From NCBI GenBank assembly GCA_963842015.1, contig CAWJFG010000020.1, forward strand, positions 5,424 to 69,423: a stretch of DNA of 64,000 nt, given 5' to 3'. The DNA is from an uncultured Acidimicrobiales bacterium. GTDB lineage: Bacteria; Actinomycetota; Acidimicrobiia; Acidimicrobiales; VFJN01. Positions 1 to 10,626 of the stretch are shown in pieces (within the stretch, counting starts at the first letter, position 1; every line of letters begins with the position of its first letter). The notes below the pieces were generated by a model. The model did no database searches and had not been told where the DNA came from. It saw only the letters and a program-made list of their open reading frames with translations. The translations under genes were made by a program, and so were the position numbers.

Positions 1-484
1 CGAGGCCGTCGACCTCTCCCTCGTCGCCGAAGAGGCCACCGAAACGCTGCTTCCGCTCGCCGAGCGGCGGGGGATCACGCTCGACGTCACCGGCGACCCG
101 ACCCGACCGTCGGCTCCGCGGCGCTCGTGCTGCGGATGGTGACGAACCTCGTCCAGAACGCCATCGTCCACAACCTCCCCGACGGCGGCACCGTCACCGT
201 CCACACCGAATCGCAGGACGGCGCGAGCGTGCGTGCGGGTCGGAACACGGGCCATCCGCTCCCTCGGCCCTCGTCCCGACCCTCACCGAACCCTTCCACG
301 CGGAACAGAGCGCATACGCACCGACGAGCATGCCGGCGTCGGCCTCGGGCTGGCGATCGTGCACAGCATCGTCCAGGCCCACGACGGGACCCTCGACCTC
401 ACACCCCGCCCCGCCGGCGGCCTCGTCGTCACGGTTCGACTTCCCGGCACGCCGCAGGCATCGTCCCCGAGCGGGGCCCACTAG
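1..484 (+). CDS. Sensor histidine kinase, C-terminal part (VanS-like); cut by window start; frameshifted
   Basis: N-box 'MVTNLVQNAIVHN' (ORF 127) and G2-box 'HAGVGLGLAIVHSIVQAHDGTL' (ORF 233..484) lie in different frames. Confidence 0.8.
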
Positions 485-558
485 ATCGTCGAGCGGAACT
501 CATGCAGACCAGCGGTCGGCCGCCCTGGTTCGACGGACGCCTGAGCACTGCTCGCCGA

Positions 559-590
559 GCGAACGGTCGTTCGGTCACGGACGGGGGAGG
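559..590 (+). repeat. Remnant of the inner part of End A
   Basis: GCGAACGGTCGTTCGGTCACGGACGGGGGAG matches the sequence following End A at ~22812 and ~46699. Confidence 0.5.
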
Positions 591-604
591 GGAGACGAGC
601 GGCT

Positions 605-1493
605 TCACGACGTCTCGTGGTCGAGGTGGCGCAGCTTGTCCGGGTTGGCGATCGCGGGCGCAGCGCTTGGATGTGGCCGTCTGCGATGTCGAGCACGATG
701 ACGGCGATCAGCTTGCCGGCGGCATCGGACACCATGGCGCCGGGTTGGCCGTTGACCTGTACCTGGCTCAGAGACCAGCCGCCGAGGGCCTCGGCGGCCC
801 GCAGCCCCGACACCAGCATCCGGGCAACCTTGGCCCGCCCATTGACGGGGCGGGTGATGGCACGGACCCGGCCGCCACCGTCGCCGTGGGCCACGACGTC
901 ATCCGCCAGCAGCTCCTCGAGAGCTTGCAGGTCGCCGTTGCTGAACGCGGCCAGGAAGCTGCTCGCCAGCCGCTCACGCTGCTCGTGTGACGCCTCGAAG
1001 CGGGGCCTGCCCTCGTCCACGTGCTTGCGCGCCCGGGACACGAGCTGGCGGGCGTTGTCCTCGCCCGTGCGGAGGATGCCGGCGATCTGCTCGTAGGGGT
1101 AGTCGAAGACCTCGCGCAGCACGAACGCGCCCGCTGCTCGGGCGTCAGGCTCTCGAGCAACACCAGGAACGCCAAGGACAACGAGTCCGCCAACTCGGCT
1201 TTGTCGGCCGGGTCGCTGCGACCGTCGTCGACCAGCGGCTCGGGCAGCCATTCGCCCACGTAGCTCTCGCGCCGGACCCGCGCCCATCGCAGCTGATCGA
1301 TGCACAGCCGGGTGACCACGGTCGAGACATAGGCCCGGGGCGACTCGATCCGCTCGCCCCGCCCCAGCGCGAGGTGCAGGCGCAGCAACGCCTCTTGCAC
1401 GATGTCCTCTGCCTCGCTCACGCTGCCCAGCATCCGGTAGGCGACCGCGAACGCCCGCGGCCGAAGCTCCTCCAGGATCGGCACTCCCGACAT
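605..1493 (-). CDS. ECF41 (SigJ-like) sigma factor with C-terminal SnoaL-like domain, copy 1; two frameshifts
   Basis: 'AYRMLGSVSEAEDIVQEA', 'YVGEWLPEP', 'DGGG', 'VNGQPG', 'NPDKLRHL' spread over three frames. Confidence 0.85.
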
Positions 1494-1497
1494 GGCG

Positions 1498-2455
1498 TCA
1501 GCCGAGCCCTTTGGGAAGCCCAGCCGCCAGCTCGGATCCGGAGCTGCCAGCCGAGCCGCGCTTGGCCTTGGCGTTCGAGGCACCCCGCACCTCCGTCATC
1601 ATCAGCGTTGCCATCTCACCGGCCACCAGCCGCCCCAGCCAGCGTGGGATGCGCCTCGGGGGCTTGGCACCCAAAGTGTCTGCCAGCACCGGCAGCCACT
1701 CCCGCATGGGCGCAGGCTCGTCGTCCACGATGTTGTAGATGCCCGGCTCGCCCGCTCGACCGCGATGGCGGTCGCCGCCGCGGCGTCTTCGACCTGGACG
1801 AACGACATCACGCCACCGCCCCCGCCCCGATCGGGAACTGCCGCTTGCGGATCGGCCCGGCCATCTGCGCATCCGGGTCCAGGCTGACCGAGGTCCCCGG
1901 ACCGTAGAAGCCGCCATAGCGCAACGCCAGGCCCTCGCCCCAGTCGATCGTGGTCACCGCCGCCTCCAGGTACAGGAGCGCCTCCACGACGGGCCGCATC
2001 GCCCCCGGCGGGTTGGGATCGAGGGGATCGTCCTCGGTCTGCACCGGCCCGCCCGTGCGGGCGTATCGGAAGGCCCCGAAGCTCTGCGCAACGAAGCGCC
2101 GTGCCCCCACGGCGCGGCCGGCGGCCAACAGATGGTCCGTCGCCTCGGTACGCAGCCGGTTGGTCATCTTCGCCATGGACGAGCGGTCGGGGTACCGCGC
2201 GTCTCGCATGCTCATCTTCCCGGACAGCGCCGTCAGCTGGTGCACGATCACCTCAGGTTCGGCCTCGCCCACCACCGACGCAACCGGCGTCGGGTCGAGA
2301 GCGTCGGCGACGACCGGCCGCGCCCCCAAGGCCCGCAGCCCCTCCTGCTTCGACGGCGTCCTGGTCATGGCGACTACCTCGTGGCCAGCGGCCACGAGCT
2401 GGGGGACCAGCTGCACTCCCAGCGCACCCGACGCTCCGGCAACGAAGACCTTCAT
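1498..2455 (-). CDS. NAD-dependent epimerase/dehydratase, copy 1; frameshifted
   Basis: Rossmann motif 'MKVFVAGASGALG', 'LRYGGFYGPG', C-terminal 'ASNAKAKR' (ORFs 1808..2455 and 1498..1917). Confidence 0.85.
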
Positions 2456-2487
2456 GGGAACTCCTTCTCGTCTCGTTCACCCACTGA

Positions 2488-2513
2488 GACGGATGGCGCC
2501 TCGCCCTGTGACA
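2488..2513 (-). promoter_or_regulatory. ECF41-type promoter TGTCACA-N15-CGTC
   Basis: Matches the ECF41 consensus; lies just upstream of the epimerase-sigma operon. Confidence 0.7.
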
Positions 2514-2734
2514 GTCACCGGCGACTGACTGACGGTGGCAACTGGCGATGGAGGCGACACGAGCGTCAGTGAACTGGCGTGGCGCTCCTTCAACCACCGA
2601 CCGAATACGCCTCCGGCCGACGAGCGGCCGCTGCTCATGATCCGCGCCCATGGCTGCTGTTCCGCGGTTGGGCCCGGCCAGCTGTGTCGGTCTCGTCGCA
2701 TCGGCCGGCGTCACGGGAATGAGGTCCAGAGATC

Positions 2735-2775
2735 GTTGGTTACACCAACGGAATGCTACTGTTGGTCATACCAAT
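2735..2775. promoter_or_regulatory. Two palindromic operators upstream of the MarR-like gene
   Basis: GTTGGTTACACCAAC (2735-2749) and GTTGGTCATACCAAT (2761-2775). Confidence 0.55.
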
Positions 2776-2795
2776 GAATCCCTCTGGAGGCAACG

Positions 2796-3199
2796 ATGAC
2801 CGCTCCATTCGGCCCTCAACTGATCGGTGAGACGGAGAAGACGCTGACCGCGCTGCTCCGCCGGTTCCTGGCAGACACCGGCCTCAGCGAACCGCAGTGG
2901 GTGACGCTGCGCGTGGCTCAGCTCTACGGCGCGGACGACACCGAGGGGCTCGTCGCCGCGGTCTCCGATCGCGCGCATTTCCCCGACGCGAGCGACCTCG
3001 TCGGGTCACTGACTGATCGCGGCCTGCTCGAGGCCGGCCGGCTCACGCCCGCGGACGGGACGTGATCAGCACGGTGCTGGCGACGAGCGAGCGCGAGACC
3101 GGTGGAATCTGGCGCGACCACCCTGCCGCCGACATCGAGGCCACGACACGCGTCCTCAACGAGGTCCTCGCACGCGCACACGTGCTGCTCGAGCAGTGA
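2796..3199 (+). CDS. MarR-like winged-helix protein; frameshifted near 3060-3120
   Basis: 'GETEKTLTALLRRFLADTGLSEPQWVTLR', continuing in another frame 'ATTRVLNEVLARAHVLLEQ*'; GGAGG RBS. Confidence 0.6.
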
Positions 3200-3237
3200 C
3201 ACGAACCTGACGGTGCAACGACAGCGAGTCACAGCGA
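3191..3237 (+). repeat. Degenerate End A
   Basis: GAGCAGTGACACGAACCTGACGGTGCAACGACAGCGAGTCACAGCGA aligns with the End A consensus. Confidence 0.6.
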
Positions 3238-3263
3238 GTTGCCGCCCGCGTAGCGTCGCCGCC

Positions 3264-3902
3264 ATGCCCGCCCCGCACTGGTTCTTTCGCTTCATGTACG
3301 ACCGCGAGAGCGCGGCCTGGCAGCGGCGCCGCGACGAGCCGGAGCATCGTGCGCTGGTCCAACGGACGGCCGATGAGCTCGCGAACGTGGTTGCAACGCC
3401 CGGACCTGTCGCCGACCTCGGATGCGGACCTGGCGCGGACGCGCTCGCACTCGCACGGCGCGGGTACGACGTCGTCGGTGTCGACGGGTCACCTCGCATG
3501 GTCGAGGTCGCGCGGACACGAGCCGCGCGGGACGAAGTCGACGCGATGTTCGACGTGCACGACGTCAGCGCGCCGCTCCGCTTCGGGGACGCGTCGCTCG
3601 GAGGTGTCCTCGCGATCCTCGTCCTCCAGCACCTCCCGCATCCTGCGGCTTTCATCGCCGAGATCCGGCGCTGCCTCCGGCCGGGCGGGCACCTGTTGAT
3701 CATCGCTCCCGCCCGCGACAGCACGTCGCTCACGTCCCAGAACCTGTACTGGCGGCTCCGCGCAGCGTGCTACCACCGTGTGCCCGGCGTCGTCCGCTTC
3801 TACGACACGAACTCCCTCCCGCACCTCGTCGAGAACCAGGGCCTGACGGTCGTCGAGTGCAACGGCGAGCCCGGTCGCGTGAGCGTGTTGGCACGCGTGT
3901 GA
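3264..3902 (+). CDS. Class I SAM-dependent methyltransferase
   Basis: Motif I 'VADLGCGPG', 'GVDGSPRM', 'RCLRPGG'. Confidence 0.85.
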   Translation: MPAPHWFFRFMYDRESAAWQRRRDEPEHRALVQRTADELANVVATPGPVADLGCGPGADALALARRGYDVVGVDGSPRMVEVARTRAARDEVDAMFDVHDVSAPLRFGDASLGGVLAILVLQHLPHPAAFIAEIRRCLRPGGHLLIIAPARDSTSLTSQNLYWRLRAACYHRVPGVVRFYDTNSLPHLVENQGLTVVECNGEPGRVSVLARV

Positions 3903-3990
3903 CGTCGCTCGCCGGACATCCTCGACCTGCCGACGTGGTCGTTGCTCGTCGGCGGGGCATGTTCGATCGGAACGTCGCGCACCGAGGTCG

Positions 3991-4190
3991 CTACGTGACT
4001 GATGCGGTGAGACGTTGCAGGGAGGCGAGGGCGGGCGGACCCGAGCTCGGCTTCCCCCCGGGGTGACCAGCCGCTGCGATGAGGAGGCTGCCGAGGGCCC
4101 GCCACACGGCCCAGCCACGGGCACGGCGCCAGGTCGCGTCGTCCACAACCGGCGGGTAGGCCGACTGGAAGCGTGCGATCGCCGGGGGCG
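3991..4190 (-). pseudogene. C-terminal fragment of an aminoglycoside-phosphotransferase-family gene
   Basis: 'VDDATWRRARGWAVWRALG..GKPSSGP' tail with no N-terminal part. Confidence 0.55.
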
Positions 4191-4193
4191 TGC

Positions 4194-4790
4194 TCAGCGG
4201 AGCCGTTGGTAGCGGTTGAGCAGGACGCCGGTGTTGGCCGCGACGGTCGACACCAGTTCGAACGCGCGGGCTTCGCCACCGTCGGGGAAGATCGTCTTGC
4301 CGCCGCCGAGCACGATCGGCTCGACCACGAGGGACAGCTCGTCGACGAGGTCGGCGGCCAGCAGGGCGCGGGCGACCTCGGTGCTGCCGGTGACCGAGAG
4401 GTCGCGGCCGGGCTGGTCGCGCAGTTCGGCCACCGCGTCGAGGAGGGCGGCGGGGCGGACGAGCGTGGCCGGGCCCCAGGTCAGGTCGTCGTCGGTGAGG
4501 GTGTCGGACACGACGTACTTCTGCATCTTGTTCAGCAGGGTGGAGAACGGATCGTCGTCGTCGGTCCGCTCGGGCCACGAGGCCGCCGAGATCTCGTAGG
4601 TCCGCCGGCCCTGCAGCATGGCGTCGGTCTGCTGGACCGCCTCCATGAGCGCGGTTCCCATGACCTCGGGATCGAAGTACGGCATCGACCAGCCGCCGTG
4701 CCGGAAACCGCCGGATGGATCCTCGTCGGCACCGCCCGGGGCCTGGACCACGCCGTCGAGACTGATGAACTCGCTGATCACTACTCGCAT
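4194..4790 (-). CDS. Dihydrofolate reductase / RibD C-terminal family protein
   Basis: 'MRVVISEFISLDGVVQAPG', 'GRRTYE', 'DLVDEL..PIVLGGGK'. Confidence 0.85.
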   Translation of the reverse strand: MRVVISEFISLDGVVQAPGGADEDPSGGFRHGGWSMPYFDPEVMGTALMEAVQQTDAMLQGRRTYEISAASWPERTDDDDPFSTLLNKMQKYVVSDTLTDDDLTWGPATLVRPAALLDAVAELRDQPGRDLSVTGSTEVARALLAADLVDELSLVVEPIVLGGGKTIFPDGGEARAFELVSTVAANTGVLLNRYQRLR

Positions 4791-4799
4791 GGACGGCGA

Positions 4800-5526
4800 T
4801 GGTACGAACCGTCGTTCTCGGCGGTCTTGTACAGAAGCGACAGCGGTCGGTCCGGCGTGTTCACGCGCAGCTCGGTGGCGGATCCGGCCGATGTAGCGCC
4901 GCAACGAGCGCCCGAGGTGGGCGTGGTCGTAGTAGCCGAGCTCGGCGATGACGTCGTTGATCACGCCGCCGTCCCGGAGGCGCACGGCGGCATCGCGGGC
5001 CCGGTCGATCTGGCGTGCGGTGCTCCGGGTCAGGCCGGTGGCGGCGAGGAAGCGACGCTGCGCGGTGCGCGACGACACGGTCGATCGCCGCGTCGCGGTG
5101 CAGGTCGGCGACGAGCGGGTCCCGCACGACCACCTCTTCGCGCACCAGGGCCGCGACGAACGCCTCGGCGTTGTCGTAGGTGGGCAGGTCCCACGTCGAG
5201 CCGGCCAGGTGGAAGCGACGCCGGGTCACGTCGGGGAGGTGCGTGACCCCGTCGACCGCGCGGCTCGCCGGGATCTGGGGGAGGACCGTGCCGAGCTCGA
5301 AGTTGATGCCGAACGAGACGGTGGCGTCGGGGACGGGCATCGTGGACGCCCGGGCCGACGGACCGACCACCGACACGTGCATGGCGCCGTCGACGTCCCA
5401 GAAGACGAGGTCCCAGCGGGCGTACGCCACCGCGGTCATCTCGGCGACCGTCTGCTCGCCCGTTGCGCGCCACACCCGGGTGACGTACGGCGACGGCGAC
5501 GGTCGATGCTCGACTCCCAGTCCCAC
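4800..5526 (-). CDS. AraC-family HTH regulator; frameshifted near 5080 and near its 3' end (end coordinate approximate)
   Basis: 'SPYVTRVWRA..' N-terminus; 'RTAQRRFLAATGLT..GYYDHAHLGRSLRRYIG' HTH. Confidence 0.75.
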
Positions 5527-5965
5527 GGGCCTCCTCTCGCTTCGGTCCGGCGGCTCTCGGCTGGCCGTCCCCTCGGGACGGTAATGGGTCTCAGAGGGAC
5601 GCCCAGAAGTCACAGTGGTGGTCGATCGCGAGCGGGGTGGGGGCGAACGATCGCGGGTCGGGGATGCCCCGGCTGACGGTCGTCCGGTGCGGCGGCGGTG
5701 GGCGAGGCGACGACGACCGACGTGAGGGTTGTGCCGAAGGCCAGCGCGGTCAGGGCGAGGGCTCTGCATCGCATGGCGTCGAGCGTGACCATGAGCCAGC
5801 CACCACGCATCCGACCGTCGCGGCATTTGCTCGGTACCGCGGCCGTGGTAGCCGCCCCTTTCGGCGCTCGATGTGGCCGGCGACGGCTGCCCAGCCGCAT
5901 GGCGCTCGCCCGGTTCCCCGGCCGAGGGCTTCGTGACGGGTCGGTCTGCACGCCTCCTACCACCA

Positions 5966-6003
5966 TTGACAAAAGCAGATTTTACGTAAAGACTGATTTT
6001 GTC
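5966..6003 (+). promoter_or_regulatory. Promoter (TTGACA) overlapped by a 36-bp imperfect palindrome; probably leaderless and autoregulated
   Basis: GACAAAAGCAGATTTTACGTAAAGACTGATTTTGTC ends immediately before ATG 6004. Confidence 0.65.
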
Positions 6004-6648
6004 ATGAGAGACGTCGTCTACCTCGATCAGATCGAGCAGGCCGAGGCCCTGCTCAAGCCGCAGCGGATCGAAGTGCTGCGCCAGCTCGCCGAGCCCCGGT
6101 CGTGCACCGAGGTGGCGGCCAAGCTCGACCAGACCCCACAGCGCGTCTACTACCACGTCAAGCGCCTGGTGGACGCCAGCCTGGTGAGCCAGGTCCGCGA
6201 ACGCCGGGTGCGCGGCATCAACGAGGGCATCTATCAGGCGACCGGCCGGTCCTACTGGCTGTCGCCACGCCTTGTGGGCCGGATCGGGGTGCGCCAGACG
6301 CGCGACCGGCTCAGCCTGGGCTACCTGCTGGACCTGATGGAAGACGTGCAGGCCGACGTCGCCGCGCTCGACCTGTCCCGGTCCGACCTGCCCTCGATCG
6401 GGGTGTCCGGTGACATCCGGGTGCGGCCCGAGCAGCGCGCCGCGTTCCTCGACGAGCTGCAGCACCTGCTGCGGGACCTGTTCACCCGCTATGGCGGCGC
6501 CGAGGGCGACGCGTTCCGCCTGGCCCTCGCCTGCTACCCGAACCTGCCCCGCCGGACCGACGTCGCCCCGGACGTCGCCACAAGCACCGACGTCGCCCCG
6601 AGTTTCGCTACTACCACCGAAGGAGATTCCGATGACAGAGCTGAGTGA
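6004..6648 (+). CDS. ArsR-like winged-helix transcriptional regulator
   Basis: 'LLKPQRIEVLRQLAEPRSCTEVAAKLDQTPQRVYYHVKRL'. Confidence 0.8.
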   Translation: MRDVVYLDQIEQAEALLKPQRIEVLRQLAEPRSCTEVAAKLDQTPQRVYYHVKRLVDASLVSQVRERRVRGINEGIYQATGRSYWLSPRLVGRIGVRQTRDRLSLGYLLDLMEDVQADVAALDLSRSDLPSIGVSGDIRVRPEQRAAFLDELQHLLRDLFTRYGGAEGDAFRLALACYPNLPRRTDVAPDVATSTDVAPSFATTTEGDSDDRAE

Positions 6649-7555
6649 GCTGCGCCTGTGCGCGGTCATGCCGGCGCCACCCGAGGCGGTGCACGCCGCG
6701 CTGACCGACGCCGCCGCGCTGCGCGTGTGGCTGACCGAGCACGCCGAGGTGGCGCTGCCCGACCGGTACGAGTTCTGGGGCCGTCACACGCCCGACGGCG
6801 CCGAGCCGCACCAGCGCGTGCTGTACGCCGGCGAGCGCACCCTGCGGTTCGCCTGGACCGTCGACGGGTCCGAGACCACGGTCGAGCTCACCCTGACCGA
6901 GAACGAACCCGAGCACGAAGCCGAGCACGAGGATGCGGGCGGCACGCTGCTCACGCTGACGCAGAGCGGCGACCTGCCGAGCTTCGACGAGATCCTGGCC
7001 GACACGGCGGGGCCGCGCGGTGAGCTGGAGACGTTCTGGTCGCTCGCGATCGCGAACCTGTCCGACTATCTTGCGGGCCGCGAGCTGACGCCGAAGTGCG
7101 ACTACACCTCAGCCGAGCTGCGCGCCTCGGTGGTCATCGACGCCACACCGGAGGCGGTGTTCGACTCGCTCACCCAGCCGGAGCAGTTCTGCAAGTGGTT
7201 CGGCGCCCACTGCGACATCGAGCCCTATGTGGGCGGCCGGTTCGCGATGGGCGGCTTCGAGCTGGACCCCGGGGGGATGAAGTTCGTCGAGTTCGAGCCG
7301 GGCCGCAAGGCGACACTGCGGTTCGCCGACGGCCAAACCGACAGCTGGGAGCTGGCGGGCTCGGACGGCAAGACCCGGCTCACACTTGTGTCGAGCGGGT
7401 TCGACCCGGACAACCCGCCCTACTCGGGCTGGGCCGGGTGGCTCAGTGGCATCGCCGAGCTGCGGCGCTACCACGAACTCCCGCGCTGGCGCACGATCTG
7501 GCGTCAGATCGAGGCCCCCGGCGTCCCAGCCGAGATGCTGCGCATCGACGGCTAG
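6632..7555 (+). CDS. Tandem SRPBCC/Aha1-like domain protein
   Basis: Two 'A(P/T)PEAV..LT...W' repeats; overlaps the upstream regulator gene. Confidence 0.8.
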   Translation: MTELSELRLCAVMPAPPEAVHAALTDAAALRVWLTEHAEVALPDRYEFWGRHTPDGAEPHQRVLYAGERTLRFAWTVDGSETTVELTLTENEPEHEAEHEDAGGTLLTLTQSGDLPSFDEILADTAGPRGELETFWSLAIANLSDYLAGRELTPKCDYTSAELRASVVIDATPEAVFDSLTQPEQFCKWFGAHCDIEPYVGGRFAMGGFELDPGGMKFVEFEPGRKATLRFADGQTDSWELAGSDGKTRLTLVSSGFDPDNPPYSGWAGWLSGIAELRRYHELPRWRTIWRQIEAPGVPAEMLRIDG

Positions 7556-7686
7556 CCGGACTCCTCAGCGCGAGTTCGTTTCCAGCGAGGCGCCCCGGTT
7601 CAGAAGAACCGGGGCGCCGCGCTCGACCGCGAGCTCATCCAGGCCGGTCTGGCCACGTACCCAACCCGGAAAGAAGGAATCCTGCC

Positions 7687-8115
7687 ATGACCACGACCTC
7701 CGTTCCCCACCAGCACGGCACGCGGGCGACGTATCGCCTGTGGCGCTACGGCCCGATCGCCATCGCCATCGCCGCCGCGGCCACCGCCCTGGTTGCCGCC
7801 ACAGCACGCGCCGCCGACGTGCCCCTGACCATCGACGGCGAGCAGATCCCCGTCGCCGGCTTCGTCACCATGACCGTGCTGGCGTGCTCCATCGGCCTGC
7901 TCCTCGCCGGTGGCCTGGCCCGTTGGGCACCACAGCCCCGGGCCACGTTCGTCTGGGCCGCAGTGGCGCTGACCTTCGCATCGGTCATCCTCCCGCTCGC
8001 CGCCGACACCGACACCGCGACCAAGGTCGTCCTGGTCACCACCCACGTCGTGGCCGGCGCGATCGTGATCCCTGCATTCGCACGCTCGCTACCCCCGCGG
8101 CGTCCCAACCGCTGA
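7687..8115 (+). CDS. Small four-TM membrane protein (DUF6069-like)
   Basis: Hydrophobic helices, 'TKVVLVTTHVVAGAIVIP'; AAGGA RBS. Confidence 0.65.
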   Translation: MTTTSVPHQHGTRATYRLWRYGPIAIAIAAAATALVAATARAADVPLTIDGEQIPVAGFVTMTVLACSIGLLLAGGLARWAPQPRATFVWAAVALTFASVILPLAADTDTATKVVLVTTHVVAGAIVIPAFARSLPPRRPNR

Positions 8116-8148
8116 CACTGCCCCCGGCGGTCCGCGGACACGACGGGG

Positions 8149-9123
8149 CTACGGCAAACCGAGGCCCACGAGGGCGGCGTCAGACCCGGCGGAGGCCCGG
8201 ATGGTGCTGGGTGGCGCGCCGAGCACCCGGGTGAACGCCCGGCTGAACGCCGCCTCCGAGTCGTAGCCCACGCGGCGGCCCGCTTCGCGGACGGACACCC
8301 CACCGTCGGCGAGCAGCTCGGCGGCGTGGTACATCCGCCAGCGGGAGACGTACTGCATGGCGGGTTCGCCGACCAGCTCGGTGAAGCGAGCGGCGAAGGC
8401 CGACCGGGACATGGCGGCCTCGGCGGCGAGGGCGCCGACGGTCCACCGGCGGCGCGGGTCGTGGTGGACGGCGGCGATCGCCGCCCCGAGGTGGTCGTCG
8501 CGGAGGGCGCCGAGCCAACCCGTCCGGGCACGGGGGTCGCGCTCGATCCACGCCCGGATGCCCTGGATGACAAGGATGTCGCACAGCCGGCTGACGACGG
8601 CGTCGCTGCCCGGCCGGACGACGCTCGTCTCGTCGGCCATCAGCTCGAGGGTCGCCCGCAACCAGTCGGAGCGCGGCATACGGGCGCCCTCCAGGTGGAT
8701 GGTGGTCGGCAGGGCGTCGAGGAGGTGGCGGGCGGCGGTCTGCTCGAACCGCACACCGCCGCAGACCACGTCGGTGCGGGCTCCGCCGCCACCGTGGCGC
8801 AGCACGCCGTAGCGCTCGTTGAGGTGATCGTGTGGCAGGTCGAAGACCGACGGCGTCGGCGCCGGCTCGGCGCCCCAGGCGCGATGGCCGGTGCCGTGCG
8901 GCACCAGGACGAGGTCGCCAGCGACGACGGTGCGGGTGTCGCCCGTTACGACTTCGACCGTCGCCGTGCCCGAGGTGATCACGTGGAACCACAGGCAGCC
9001 CTCCATGGGAGGGACCGACAGCCCCCAGGGCTCGGTCAGCACCGATGGGCAGCAGAACACGCTCGACACGTGGAGCTGGCGCAGCACTTCGGCCAGTGCC
9101 GGACCCGGCCCCGATCCGTCCAT
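8149..9123 (-). CDS. AraC-family regulator with cupin-like N-domain
   Basis: 'WTVGALAAEAAMSRSAFAARF..GYDSEAAFSRAF'. Confidence 0.9.
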   Translation of the reverse strand: MDGSGPGPALAEVLRQLHVSSVFCCPSVLTEPWGLSVPPMEGCLWFHVITSGTATVEVVTGDTRTVVAGDLVLVPHGTGHRAWGAEPAPTPSVFDLPHDHLNERYGVLRHGGGGARTDVVCGGVRFEQTAARHLLDALPTTIHLEGARMPRSDWLRATLELMADETSVVRPGSDAVVSRLCDILVIQGIRAWIERDPRARTGWLGALRDDHLGAAIAAVHHDPRRRWTVGALAAEAAMSRSAFAARFTELVGEPAMQYVSRWRMYHAAELLADGGVSVREAGRRVGYDSEAAFSRAFTRVLGAPPSTIRASAGSDAALVGLGLP

Positions 9124-9234
9124 GACGCCATTCTCTCCCGGGATCGACCGATCATCCAGTGTCGTGGACGATCAAGCATCGATCCGGGACCACTGGTCAT
9201 GGCTCGTCCGGCGAATCCGGTGCACGGTGGACCT

Positions 9235-9783
9235 ATGAACACCACAACTCACGATCACCCGACCACGACCGATTCGAACCCGGTCGACGACCCCCGCCAG
9301 ATCGAGCGGACCTGGCGGGCGATCCACCGCCGCCACTTCGCCGTCCTGTCCACGGTGTCGCCCGTCGGCCACCCCCACGCCGCAGGCGTCTCCTACTGCG
9401 CAGTGGACGAACGGCTCTACGTCAACACCCACCGGACCAGCCGCAAGGCGCGCAACGTGGCCGCCGACGGGCGGGTCGGTGTCGTCATCCCAGTGCGGCG
9501 CCTGCCGGTCGGGCCGCCGTTCAACGTCCAGTTCCAGGGCACCGCCGCGCTGCTGGCGCAAGACGATCCCGAGATCACCGCCCTGCTCGCACGCAACGAG
9601 CTGCGGAGGATCGTCTCCCACGGCGAGCTCGATGAGCCCGACGGCTGCTTCCTGCGCATCGAACCCACCCGCCGCATCCACACCTACGGCATCGGCGTGC
9701 CGGTCGTGGCCGTTGTCCGAGACCCGCTCCACAACGGTCCCCGCTCCATCACCGTCGCCGCCGATCGGCGCCCCACCCCGTAG
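9235..9783 (+). CDS. Pyridoxamine 5'-phosphate oxidase-like protein
   Basis: 'FAVLSTVSPVGHPH', 'SRKARNVAADGRV'. Confidence 0.75.
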   Translation: MNTTTHDHPTTTDSNPVDDPRQIERTWRAIHRRHFAVLSTVSPVGHPHAAGVSYCAVDERLYVNTHRTSRKARNVAADGRVGVVIPVRRLPVGPPFNVQFQGTAALLAQDDPEITALLARNELRRIVSHGELDEPDGCFLRIEPTRRIHTYGIGVPVVAVVRDPLHNGPRSITVAADRRPTP

Positions 9784-9900
9784 CCGGGTGTCGCCAATTC
9801 GACGGATCCGCCAGGTTGGGCGACCTCGGCCCCCGGCGTGCATGACACCGGGGGCCGAGGGTTGGGGCGGGGTGATGGTCACCACGGGAGACCCGACGCT

Positions 9901-10457
9901 CTAGGGCTCGAGGCTCCCGTCCTTGTCGGCCATGATCTCGACGCGCTGGGCGTCCTCGCGGTCGCCACCGCTGCTGGCGGTGCCGTTTTCGGCGCCGGCT
10001 TCCGTCGGGGCCGCCGTCCCGGCTTCGAGCTCGTCCGCCAGGTTCTCGAGGTGCTGGTCGCTGCCGTCGGGAGCGACGGGCACCGCGGCGCCGGACTCGG
10101 TCGGGGTGGGGATCCCTCGCTCACGGGCCTGCTGGGCCATCGCCTCCGCGGTGGCGTCGAGGTGCCGGCTGCGGGCCTGCGCTTCGAGCTCGTCCGCCAG
10201 GTTCTCGAGGTGCCGGTCGCTGCCGGAGACGTCGTCGACCGTGACCGGCCCGGGGGTGGGTTCGTCGGCGCCGTCCCCACCGCCGGCGAGGACGGCGACG
10301 AGGAAGGCGATCGACGCCAGGACCAAGGCCGCCGACGATCGCCCACGCCACGAACGAGCCGGCGGACGAGGTACGGCGGGGCGGGGACGGGGCGGGAGAG
10401 GGGTCGGCGGTCCGGGTGTCGGTGCCGGGGGTGCGGGGTGTCGAGGTCGGTTGCCAT
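9901..10457 (-). CDS. Hypothetical membrane-anchored protein with duplicated motif; frameshift near 10340
   Basis: GGAGG RBS before 'MATDLDTP'; one TM segment; 'GSD(R/Q)HLENLADELEA' twice. Confidence 0.55.
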
Positions 10458-10546
10458 GTGCTGGTTCCTCCGTGTCGGCTGCCGGGAGCAGCGCTGGATG
10501 ACACGGTCAGCGTCGAACGGCCCGATGGTGGTCCCGTGGTGGTGGT

Positions 10547-10563
10547 GTGGCAGTTCCGTGGCA
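10547..10563 (-). promoter_or_regulatory. Direct repeat TGCCAC-N5-TGCCAC, putative SARP/OmpR-type binding site
   Basis: GTGGCAGTTCCGTGGCA on +, 15/17 identical to 15735-15751. Confidence 0.5.
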
Positions 10564-10626
10564 CCGTCCTCGGCCACGTGACCTGCGACGACGCGGCTCG
10601 GGTGGACCGGGCGGGTCCGCCCGCGC

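Noticed and set aside
1-484. Vancomycin resistance cluster
   Set aside because: The kinase resembles VanS but no vanH/A/X genes are in the window.
6556-6600. Short tandem repeat ACCGACGTCGCCCCG
   Set aside because: Two copies in the low-complexity tail of a coding region; no sign of function.
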